A DNA stretch of 64,000 bases. It comes from Desulfatiglandales bacterium. Lineage in GTDB: Bacteria > Desulfobacterota > DSM-4660 > Desulfatiglandales > HGW-15. A program made the translations under genes and the position numbers. Shown one piece after another: positions 20,988 to 29,116 of this stretch (the stretch's first letter is position 1; each line of letters starts with the position of its first letter). The notes below the pieces were generated by a model. That model worked only from the letters and a program-made list of their open reading frames with translations. It made no database searches and was not told the DNA's origin. Location of the stretch: contig CAXXJJ010000004.1 of assembly GCA_963667015.2 (NCBI GenBank), forward strand, positions 3,008,001 to 3,072,000, read 5' to 3'.

Positions 20988-21944
20988 CTAGAATACAATG
21001 CTTTTGGGCAATATTGGTTTATAGATGCCTACTTTGAGGATGCAGTATTTCAGCGCAAAGGCGCCTGCAGTATGACCTATAATCGCGGCAACAAGAAGTA
21101 TGGTTGTCACATCCCCGGTAAACAGGCTTATAAAAGATATTACTAGTGGCATAATAATACCTAAGAGTACGATACCGAACCAGAAAACCAGTGCCACGCG
21201 ACCAACCAGGAGCTCTTTAACAGACAGCTCGGCTGTCTGAGATTGATATGAGGCATTCATCAGATAGGTACCTAGGAGTACAGCATTGACTCCCAGAACA
21301 ATCCGGCTTGCATATTCAAGACCATGAAAATCAACACCGCCGGCCAGAAGCCCTATTCCCATTACAAGGGCAAGGCCGTCTGCTATACCTGCATTTAATA
21401 TCACAATGGGAAGGATACCCGTGTTCCAGAAGGGAACACTCTTGCAGAAGCTCATCATAAAACCGCAGTAGATCCCGGTAAGGACCACAAAAAAGCCTGC
21501 AATCACCTTTAAGACGATATCGGCAACAAATACGATGGCATGAGCATCGCCGGGTGACATACCTCCCGGCCCCAGGATGTAGGATGTGAAAAGCTGTAGA
21601 AGACCGAAAATACTAAAAAATACGGTAAAAACAACTCCCCTTGCTATCCAGGATGTCCTCCAGGCCCCTGAAAAGGGAGGCATGGTCCTCCAGAACCTCA
21701 ACGGTTTTCCAAGGTAAAGAAGATGAAGAGGAAGTTTTAAGAGCATTACAATAAGGTAACCGGCAAGGGCCCCCCACCAGTTATCAACAAATATGGCAAT
21801 AAGATAAAGGCCTGTGCCAAGAGCGGAAAATACCTCGGAAAGCCATACAAGCAGTCCCTGTTTTTCAATCCACTCTTTCTGCTGCATGGGTTTAACCATC
21901 CACTCATGGGTTATCATCCATTGTCTAGAAGTTTGAGTCTGCAT
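20988..21944 (-). CDS. NrfD/PsrC-family membrane anchor
   Basis: About eight TM helices; HLLYLGKPLRFWR, SWIARG and VPFWN motifs. Confidence 0.88.
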   Translation of the reverse strand: MQTQTSRQWMITHEWMVKPMQQKEWIEKQGLLVWLSEVFSALGTGLYLIAIFVDNWWGALAGYLIVMLLKLPLHLLYLGKPLRFWRTMPPFSGAWRTSWIARGVVFTVFFSIFGLLQLFTSYILGPGGMSPGDAHAIVFVADIVLKVIAGFFVVLTGIYCGFMMSFCKSVPFWNTGILPIVILNAGIADGLALVMGIGLLAGGVDFHGLEYASRIVLGVNAVLLGTYLMNASYQSQTAELSVKELLVGRVALVFWFGIVLLGIIMPLVISFISLFTGDVTTILLVAAIIGHTAGAFALKYCILKVGIYKPILPKSIVF

Positions 21945-21956
21945 ATATTTTCCTCC

Positions 21957-22727
21957 CTATTCTTCAACTAATCCATCGAATCGTTTTTTGGCATCGATAT
22001 CAATTGAACTCAGATGCTGCATATAGCTTCCTGTCTGGGCCTCCAGAGGAGCTTTATTGTCCTTGCCGCCTATCCTGCCGTCAACATAATAAACCGAGGG
22101 TTCGGTGCCGTATTCCGGCTGCAGGGTAAAGCCCTTCCTGTCCCTGATCAGTATTGAAACTTCGCTGTCCGGGTCATCAAGGTTGCCGAATGTCATGGCA
22201 CGTGCCTGACAGGTGTTAACACAGGCCGGCGTGGCATCCCGGTCCTTTCCGGGTATAAGGCCCTTTTCCAGGCCGGCATCTATTCGCTCGGCACAAAAAT
22301 TACATTTTTCCGTTGTCCCTACCTGGTGCGGATATAACTCTTTTCCCTTTTTTTCAAAAGCAGTAAGGCCATAACCGGGAAAATATCCGGGGTCTTTCTC
22401 CTTTGATACAAATGTACGATTCTGATAAGGACAGGCCACAACGCAGTAACGACATCCAATGCATTTATCAGGATCTATTACAACAATTCCGTCATCCCTC
22501 TGGGTCGTCGCCTCTGTGGGACATACTTTTACGCATGGAGCATCTTTACACTGGTTACACCTCACAGGAAAGGTGGTAAGCTCCGGCTTTCCACCAACAT
22601 CGGTCTCGAGGGCTAACAACCTCGGCCATGTAACATGTAAAGGAAGGAAGTGCTCAATTCTGCAGGCTGCCACGCAGGCATGGCATCTGGTACATTTTAC
22701 AAGATCTATTACCATTCCCCATCTCAT
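21957..22727 (-). CDS. Four-cluster Fe-S subunit (DmsB/PsrB/NrfC-like)
   Basis: MRWGMVIDLVKCTRCHAC, CNQCKDAPC, CIGCRYC, CNFC...PACVNTC and GTEPSVYY motifs. Confidence 0.93.
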   Translation of the reverse strand: MRWGMVIDLVKCTRCHACVAACRIEHFLPLHVTWPRLLALETDVGGKPELTTFPVRCNQCKDAPCVKVCPTEATTQRDDGIVVIDPDKCIGCRYCVVACPYQNRTFVSKEKDPGYFPGYGLTAFEKKGKELYPHQVGTTEKCNFCAERIDAGLEKGLIPGKDRDATPACVNTCQARAMTFGNLDDPDSEVSILIRDRKGFTLQPEYGTEPSVYYVDGRIGGKDNKAPLEAQTGSYMQHLSSIDIDAKKRFDGLVEE

Positions 22728-22948
22728 ATTAAACTCTCCTTTTCTAATATTCGACCCGGCATAATGCCTGTCGATTTTAAACCAAAATATATTAATACTT
22801 ATCAGTCTTTACCGCTATCAGTTATTAGCGTGTTAATTTCGCTTAATTTTATTTTAATTTAAGTCTACTTAGAAGGGCGATGTATTCTCAAAAAAATACT
22901 AGAAGAGTCCCAAAATGATAATGAAGGTCAGCCCAATTAAGCTATGAG

Positions 22949-23007
22949 ATTATACTTTTGAGCCTTTATGTTGTCAATTGTTAAATGTAAAAACGTATTA
23001 CATTTAA
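22949..23007 (-). promoter_or_regulatory. Consensus sigma70 promoter and upstream palindromic operator
   Basis: Minus strand TTGACA(22977-22972)-N17-TATAAT(22954-22949); perfect IR TTAAATGTAA-N7-TTACATTTAA at 22981-23007. Confidence 0.75.
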
Positions 23008-23015
23008 TTTTGCAC

Positions 23016-23049
23016 AAAAAAATCAGGTAGATTCACTTATCTACCTGAT
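23016..23049 (-). terminator. Rho-independent terminator
   Basis: ATCAGGTAGAT...ATCTACCTGAT stem followed by a T-run on the minus strand. Confidence 0.7.
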
Positions 23050-23135
23050 ATAATTACTAAATAACTGATAAAAAATCAACCGGCATAAAGACCTTGAGTA
23101 GTATTTTTATCAAAAAAGTTCACTTTTTGTTTTGT

Positions 23136-23906
23136 CTACAATACTTTTTCCGTTTTTGGTTCGTCAGAAAGGCGGTCCATAATCATGTTTTTTATCAGTT
23201 CGCCCGCCTCATGGCTATACTGTTTTTTTCCCGATTTTCGCGAAAATGAATCAAGTAATGCGGAGAGGTATCCATCCATAAGCTGCCTCATTTTACCTTG
23301 TGACTTTCCATGTTTTTTGCCTGAATTCAATATTCCTGAAAGGGCATCATCAAGTTTCTTTGTATTTGGCAGATTTTTCGACTCGTTATCGACGGCAGGT
23401 TCATTTACGCCGGACACTGCAGCCTGAACCTGTTCATAGCTCATGGATTCCTGCACCTGAATGCTGGCGGTAAGACCTGAAAGCGATTCAAGCCCGCCGA
23501 ATTCTTCAGCTATAGCCTGCAGATCAACCATATTTCCGGAAGAAACACTTTCCATTATAGAGTCAATGGTTTTCAGGGCAGATATTATATCCTCATACTC
23601 CTGGCTGTCCAGATCGCCGGAGATGGACATGGAAAAATTACTGTGCATTCTACTTTGAAATTCATATCCCTCCGCTCTCGCGGATGAAGACCCGGAACGC
23701 AGGAGACCGCTATAGGATGTATAGCCTGACTCCATGCCTGTGTCGGTCGAAATGGTTACCCTGTCACCGTCATCGGTAACAATGGTAATATCCGCATTTT
23801 CGGTTTTTGAATAGCTGGCGGAAGTGTAATTGAACATCCCGGTGGAATAACCGCCAAAGTCATATTTGTTTAATAAATTATTGGAAAGACCATAATCGGT
23901 ATTCAT
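23136..23906 (-). CDS. Hypothetical Ser-rich protein, possibly exported via the flagellar system
   Basis: 256-aa ORF with GGAGG RBS and ITIVTDDGDRVTIS motif. A weak sigma28-like TCAAG...TCCGATAA sequence lies upstream (23945-23972). Confidence 0.7.
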   Translation of the reverse strand: MNTDYGLSNNLLNKYDFGGYSTGMFNYTSASYSKTENADITIVTDDGDRVTISTDTGMESGYTSYSGLLRSGSSSARAEGYEFQSRMHSNFSMSISGDLDSQEYEDIISALKTIDSIMESVSSGNMVDLQAIAEEFGGLESLSGLTASIQVQESMSYEQVQAAVSGVNEPAVDNESKNLPNTKKLDDALSGILNSGKKHGKSQGKMRQLMDGYLSALLDSFSRKSGKKQYSHEAGELIKNMIMDRLSDEPKTEKVL

Positions 23907-23984
23907 CAGAAACTCTCCTCCCTGAGTAGATTCTATTAATATCTTTATCGGAAGGAGTAGATAAAATCTTGAATAAATATAGTA

Positions 23985-24121
23985 ACCACGAAGGACACGA
24001 AGAGCACGAAGAAAAACAAAAACATGTCTCTCACAGAGCCCACAGAGAACGCAGAGAAAAATAAAAAAAAAGCATTGTTTGTTTTAAAACACAAAATGCT
24101 TTTCTTCGTGTCCTTCGTGGT
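23985..24121. repeat. Palindromic element of 9-nt CACGAAG/CACAGAG units
   Basis: ACCACGAAGGACACGAAG (23985-24002) has a perfect 18-bp inverted copy at 24104-24121; an internal CACAGAG-type triplet is present. Confidence 0.8.
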
Positions 24122-24163
24122 GATAATTCAGGCTGTTAATCTGTATCAGGAATGATCGGTATC

Positions 24164-25003
24164 TCAAAAACCTAAAAGATCTGCTGCATTTTTACCCTTG
24201 ATTTTTTCTATATTTTCCTGCGAGATCCCTTTTGACTCAATCTCCCTGAAATACCGCCCGGGCGTCAAAAGTGGATAATCGGTTCCAAAGAGGATTTTAT
24301 GAAAGCCCATGATTGATCCTGCGATTCTATAGATATCGGCATCATAAAGGTAGGGGGATGCAGCAGTATCAACCCAGACATTTTTAAGGACTTCCTTAAT
24401 CTCCTTTTTAAGAAGGGAATAAAAAAAGATTCCCCCGCCCCAGTGGGCAAGTATGATCTTATTATCAGGGTAGGTTTTTATAAAATTTTCAATCTGCTTA
24501 AGGGTTATTTCCTGTTTGCCCGGATATTGGTGCCCGATGGGCTCATTTGTGTGGATGAGAAGGGGCGCATCATGATCAAGACAAACCGCCATAACTTCAC
24601 CCAGCCTTGAGATAATATTATCGGTAAGGGGAGAGTCATAAACAGCGAGTTCCCCTACTCCCCTGAGCCCGGCATTAAAGCACCTCTCCGCTTCCTTTGC
24701 CCCGTCTGCTGAAACCGGATCAAAGCAGCTGAAACCGATAAGCCTGTCCGGCTCAGCAGATACTGCCTCGCATATATAATCATTATGCCGCCTGAAATGA
24801 TCAACTGATTTCCATGGAAATCCGAAGACTATCGATTTATCGACTCCTTCGGCATCCATGTTTTCTATCAGATTATGAAAACCCTCCATCTTTGATGACT
24901 GAGGCCCGTAAAGCATCTCAAATGCAGGCTCCTTTTCAAAAAAAGATGCCCTGCTGTCACGAAAGAAGGCAGGAAAGATATGGGTATGGGCGTCTATTAT
25001 CAT
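24164..25003 (-). CDS. Amidohydrolase family (Amidohydro_2) protein
   Basis: IIDAHTH, GVGEL, LAHWGGG and LFGTDYP motifs. Confidence 0.9.
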   Translation of the reverse strand: MIIDAHTHIFPAFFRDSRASFFEKEPAFEMLYGPQSSKMEGFHNLIENMDAEGVDKSIVFGFPWKSVDHFRRHNDYICEAVSAEPDRLIGFSCFDPVSADGAKEAERCFNAGLRGVGELAVYDSPLTDNIISRLGEVMAVCLDHDAPLLIHTNEPIGHQYPGKQEITLKQIENFIKTYPDNKIILAHWGGGIFFYSLLKKEIKEVLKNVWVDTAASPYLYDADIYRIAGSIMGFHKILFGTDYPLLTPGRYFREIESKGISQENIEKIKGKNAADLLGF

Positions 25004-25005
25004 GA

Positions 25006-25530
25006 TTACAAAAGTAGTTCTATTGCCTTTTCGGCTTCCCCGGGTTCAAAACCCATTATGGTTTTAACAATTTTCCCTTCCCTGCTTATAACATGCATAG
25101 TCGGGATACCTATTAGTGAATTACCAAAGTAAGCCTTGCTTACCACTCCATCATCTCTCATTACATGGTACTTTATATTAAATGTTGCCATGAATTTTTT
25201 AAGCTGTTCATCATCAGCCTGGGCCATAGTGTCCATTGATACGCCAAGCAGAACAACTCCTTTGTCACTGTATCTTTTATGCAGACGAACAAGCTCGGGG
25301 ATAGACTGCATGCATGGGCCGCACCAGGTAGCCCAGAAATCAAGCAGAACCACTTTACCCTTAAAGTCCGAAAGGGTAATATTTTCACCGGTCACTGAAT
25401 CCAGGGTAAAATCCGGTGCATCTATTGCTTCGGCAGGCTCTTTCTCAGTATCTGATGAACATCCTGAAAAGGTCAGCAGCATCATTATTGATAAAATTAC
25501 AAATATTCTTAAGGTAAGATTGTATTTCAT
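25006..25530 (-). CDS. TlpA-family thiol-disulfide oxidoreductase lipoprotein
   Basis: Lipobox FSGC; FWATWCGPC active site. Confidence 0.92.
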   Translation of the reverse strand: MKYNLTLRIFVILSIMMLLTFSGCSSDTEKEPAEAIDAPDFTLDSVTGENITLSDFKGKVVLLDFWATWCGPCMQSIPELVRLHKRYSDKGVVLLGVSMDTMAQADDEQLKKFMATFNIKYHVMRDDGVVSKAYFGNSLIGIPTMHVISREGKIVKTIMGFEPGEAEKAIELLL

Positions 25531-25721
25531 TTTTTCTCCCTGGAGATGTAATATTCAGGCAACCGGCCTTCAGTAAACGTCTTCGGTTTTTTAAACCTTT
25601 ATACAGAAAAAATTTATCCGGAAACTAGTACTTTATACATAACTAATATTCTACTATAATACTAAATAAAATTTTTTCATCATATATGGAATATTTTCTT
25701 AAAAATATTTATGAGGCAAAA

Positions 25722-26672
25722 ATGGCCCGGAAAATATCTGCAATAATATTTATTTTTTCAATATTGACCTTCTTTAACTCCTATGCTGAAGAAGGTTCAG
25801 GAAAGAGCAATGCCGGATCTGACAAAAAAACAAGACCCGCAACTGTTGCCGGCTCATTTTACCCGGGGGACATGGAAAGCCTAAAAAGGGAGGTAAATAA
25901 TCTTCTGGGGAATGCACAAAAGAGAGATTCATCCGGGACCATAATCGCCGCCACAGCACCTCACGCAGGATATGTCTTTTCAGGGGGCATTGCAGCCAAT
26001 ACCTTTAAAAACATATCCGACATTGACTTTGACACCATGGTCATAATAGGCCATGATTCCTTCCGTGATGCAGTTGCCTATACATGCCCGGTTGATTATT
26101 TTGAGACTCCACTCGGCAGGGTGCCGGTAGATATGGAAATGGTAGATAAACTTCACAAATACAGTAAAAAAATTAAGCCGAATATATCAATCCACGGCAA
26201 TGATCACACGATTGAGGTTCAGCTTCCCTTTATACAGGCCGTAAAAAAGCAATGTAAGATAGTGCCCCTGATGTTCGGTTATCCATCGCCTGAAAACTGC
26301 AGTATACTGGCTGATGCCATAAAATCCGCCGCTGGAGATAAAAAGGTTTTTGTGCTGGCAAGCACTGATATGTCTCATTATCCCACATATGAAGAGGCGA
26401 ATAAAATGGATCATATCACCCTTGATGTTATCAGGAGTATGGATATAAAAAAGTTTTTCAAACATGTTTTTAAGCAGCGGAGAGATCCCCGGATTCCAGG
26501 TCTCCAAACTGCCATATGCGCCAGCGGGGGAGTGGGAACTGCCATGCTGCTTGCAAAGGACGCAGGCGCGAATGCTGTAGAGGTTCTGAAATATGCCAAC
26601 TCGGGGGATGTTAAAGGTGGAGACAAATCGCGTGTTGTAGGATATTCTTCGGTTTTGTTTATAAAAGAATGA
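25722..26672 (+). CDS. AmmeMemoRadiSam protein B (MEMO1 family) with N-terminal signal peptide
   Basis: RPATVAGSFYP, APHAGYVFSG, ASTDMSHY and VVGYSS motifs. Confidence 0.9.
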   Translation: MARKISAIIFIFSILTFFNSYAEEGSGKSNAGSDKKTRPATVAGSFYPGDMESLKREVNNLLGNAQKRDSSGTIIAATAPHAGYVFSGGIAANTFKNISDIDFDTMVIIGHDSFRDAVAYTCPVDYFETPLGRVPVDMEMVDKLHKYSKKIKPNISIHGNDHTIEVQLPFIQAVKKQCKIVPLMFGYPSPENCSILADAIKSAAGDKKVFVLASTDMSHYPTYEEANKMDHITLDVIRSMDIKKFFKHVFKQRRDPRIPGLQTAICASGGVGTAMLLAKDAGANAVEVLKYANSGDVKGGDKSRVVGYSSVLFIKE

Positions 26673-26698
26673 TTTGTTTTTAGATAAAAATTAGCAAC

Positions 26699-27054
26699 TC
26701 ACCTTATCCAGTTCTCAAACTCAATATCACTGCCAGCGATTTTAAGAATAGGAGTCATTGCATCATCTGTTACAAGTATAAGATTATATGCAAGAGCAAT
26801 GGCTGTAATCCATAAATCATTCTCCTGTATCTGAAGTTCTTTTGAAGTAGTGGGATCTTTCCATTCTTCAATGCGTTTTTTTCTGCTTGATTGACCCTTT
26901 TTACTTTTAGGCGCATATTTATTATAAAGCTTCGCTCGTAGCATAGAGTAATATTTCCGAGCTATGTCACAATCAATACTAAGACAAGGATAACTTTCTA
27001 ATATATTTGTCAGTTTATTATATTTTTCTTTATGGGGGTCATTATATGGCCCTA
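26699..27054 (-). pseudogene. PIN-domain (VapC-like) nuclease, N-terminally truncated
   Basis: C-terminal PIN motif QENDLWITAIALAYNLILVTDD. The frame stays open upstream to the transposase left IR; the N-terminal acidic motif is absent. Confidence 0.7.
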
Positions 27055-28150
27055 AAGCGGGACGCTCGTCAATAATTTAATTGACAAAGATAGGGAGGCG
27101 GTATAAATACCTGCTATGCCAAGAACAGCCAGATTAGATGCCCCCGGAGTGTTGCATCATGTAATGATTCGAGGGATAGAAAAAACAAAGATATTTAAAA
27201 GCAGTAAAGATCGGGAAGACTTTATTGAAAGGCTGGCAAATTTATGCCCGGCAATGGGTATAAAATGTTATGCATGGTCGTTTATGGACAACCACGCCCA
27301 CTTTCTTTTCCAGACAGGAAAGGAATCATTATCCAGATTTATGAGACGCCTTCTTACCGGATATGTCATAGGATATAACCGCAGGCATAAACGGAGAGGA
27401 CATTTATTTCAGAATCGTTTTAAATCAATAATATGCCAGGAAGAAACTTATCTCCGGGAACTTGTCCGGTATATACATCTGAATCCAATCCGTGCCGGGA
27501 TAATAAAAACCCTGGATGAATTGAATAATTATAAATATACCGGTCATAGCACCATAATGGGAAATGTTAAAAGGGAGTGGCAGGATTCTGGGTATGTCCT
27601 GGGTTATTTTGGGAAGAGTGTAGGAAAAGCGAGAAAAAAGTATGAATCTTTTGTTAACACCGGCTTAGGAGATGGACGCAAAGATGAATTGACAGGAGGA
27701 GGTCTGATTCGGAGTCATGGCGGGTGGATTGAAGCAAAGGAGCTATTGAAGAGTGGTGTCCATATAATGAGTGATGAGAGGATACTCGGAGACTCTGATT
27801 TTGTGGACTCAATAATAAGTCACTCAGAAGAGAGTTATGACAAAAGACAAAGGCTCAGACAACAGGGATATAACCTGAATCGCATAGCAGAGCGAGTTGC
27901 CGAGGTACTGGGAGTTGACACTGAAGAAGTGTTTTCAAAAGGTCGACAGGACAGGAAAGTAAAAGCAAGGAGCCTGTTATGTTACTGGGCATCAAGAGAA
28001 CTGGGCATTTCCCATGCTGAACTGGCAAAGAAACTGGAGTTGAGCCCGTCTGCTGTGGGATTTTCTGTTGAGCGTGGAGAATTGCTGGCAAAAGAAGGCA
28101 ATTACTTTCTTGAAAAATAAGTTATTTAATTATTAACGAGCGTCCCGCTT
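27055..28150 (+). mobile_element. Y1/RAYT-like transposase element with terminal inverted repeats
   Basis: Left AAGCGGGACGCTCGTCAATAATT versus right (reverse complement) AAGCGGGACGCTCGTTAATAATT, 22/23 identical, enclosing only the transposase gene. Confidence 0.8.
27116..28120 (+). CDS. HUH/Y1 transposase (REP-associated tyrosine transposase-like) with C-terminal DnaA-like HTH
   Basis: MPRTARLDAPGVLHHVMIRG, NHAH (HUH), HLFQNRFKS and YIHLNP (catalytic Tyr). Confidence 0.92.
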   Translation: MPRTARLDAPGVLHHVMIRGIEKTKIFKSSKDREDFIERLANLCPAMGIKCYAWSFMDNHAHFLFQTGKESLSRFMRRLLTGYVIGYNRRHKRRGHLFQNRFKSIICQEETYLRELVRYIHLNPIRAGIIKTLDELNNYKYTGHSTIMGNVKREWQDSGYVLGYFGKSVGKARKKYESFVNTGLGDGRKDELTGGGLIRSHGGWIEAKELLKSGVHIMSDERILGDSDFVDSIISHSEESYDKRQRLRQQGYNLNRIAERVAEVLGVDTEEVFSKGRQDRKVKARSLLCYWASRELGISHAELAKKLELSPSAVGFSVERGELLAKEGNYFLEK

Positions 28151-28166
28151 CAGTCCCATTTTTCTA

Positions 28167-28424
28167 TTAAAGTTGGGCGACACGATCCAATTCTTCCCGG
28201 ATTACTTGACGAATAACTTGTTCATTTAATGGTTTATCACTTTTTACAAGATACTCGCGAAGTACTTCATTGATCATGGTCTGATATCCGTATCCAGCTT
28301 TATCAGCACGTTCACGGAAATCATCGAGAACATCATTATCAATGTACATTGTAACTCGGGTTTTTCCTTTAGTTGGAACAACCTGCCCTCTTTTTGCTTT
28401 ATTAAAATTATATTCCTTTTTCAT
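28167..28424 (-). CDS. brnA: BrnA antitoxin
   Basis: KTRVTMYIDNDVLDDFR...GYQTMINEVLR ribbon-helix-helix motif. Confidence 0.9.
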   Translation of the reverse strand: MKKEYNFNKAKRGQVVPTKGKTRVTMYIDNDVLDDFRERADKAGYGYQTMINEVLREYLVKSDKPLNEQVIRQVIREELDRVAQL

Positions 28425-28680
28425 ATTGTTTCCTTTCAGTTTGTGTTGCTTTTCGGGCTGAAATTAAGCGAATGGTATCGGAACGGTAAGAATAAATAAT
28501 AGTAATTATTCGACCAATTGAATCAGTACCTGTGGTCACAAACCTTTGTTCATTGTCAATGTCATGTTCTTCAAGAGTCATGGCTAAAGGATCATAAAGT
28601 ACCATTTCTGCATCGGAGAACCGGATTTTATGCTTTTTAAAGTTTATTTCAGCCTTATTTGGGTCCCATGCTATTTGCAT
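28408..28680 (-). CDS. brnT: BrnT toxin
   Basis: WDPNKAEINFKKHKIRF...EQRF...IRLISARKAT motifs. Confidence 0.92.
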   Translation of the reverse strand: MQIAWDPNKAEINFKKHKIRFSDAEMVLYDPLAMTLEEHDIDNEQRFVTTGTDSIGRIITIIYSYRSDTIRLISARKATQTERKQYEKGI

Positions 28681-28686
28681 GTGGAC

Positions 28687-28715
28687 AACATACATACATT
28701 ATATGCATATGTCAA
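28687..28715 (-). promoter_or_regulatory. brnTA promoter, likely leaderless
   Basis: TTGACA-N17-TATGTT-N6-ATG; no RBS present. Confidence 0.6.
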
Positions 28716-28727
28716 TATATGAAAATA

Positions 28728-28868
28728 GGGGACAATCAAAATATCAATCCAGCAGAATTTTGATATTTTGATACCTGTACTTACCCCTGAACGTTTAAAG
28801 GGGTAAGTACAGAATTATGAACACTAATCTAAAAACTTGCACTCGACTATAACCTTCCCTTCATAATT
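28728..28868. repeat. Cluster of REP-like hairpins
   Basis: GGGGACA followed by perfect IRs at 28735-28747/28760-28772 (13 bp), 28775-28788/28799-28812 (14 bp) and 28813-28821/28860-28868 (9 bp). Confidence 0.75.
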
Positions 28869-28891
28869 GGTTTGTAGATAATTAGAAGTAA

Positions 28892-29050
28892 TTATGGAAG
28901 ATTCTCAAAATCATCAAGATCCTTATGCCTTCCACTTGCTTTTTTGTTTTTCTTCAAATGTTCAAGGCTTATTATGTTAATTTGAATGCTATCGATATTT
29001 TTAATATTTTTTTCTAAAAGCATTCTTCAAAACCCACTCCTGAGATAGAA
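28892..29050 (-). pseudogene. C-terminal remnant of a nucleotidyltransferase-like (TA-associated) gene
   Basis: SISGVGFEECF*, then a frame change to IDSIQINIISLEHLKKNKKASGRHKDLDDFENLP*. Confidence 0.55.
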
Positions 29051-29116
29051 TCAGGAAACCGCACCTTTCTTAATGAGTTATCCGATTAATGATATCATAA
29101 TGCTGGCCAGCAGGAT

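Noticed and set aside
23985..24121. Possible CRISPR array
   Set aside because: The units are 9 nt with no unique spacers, and there are no cas genes.
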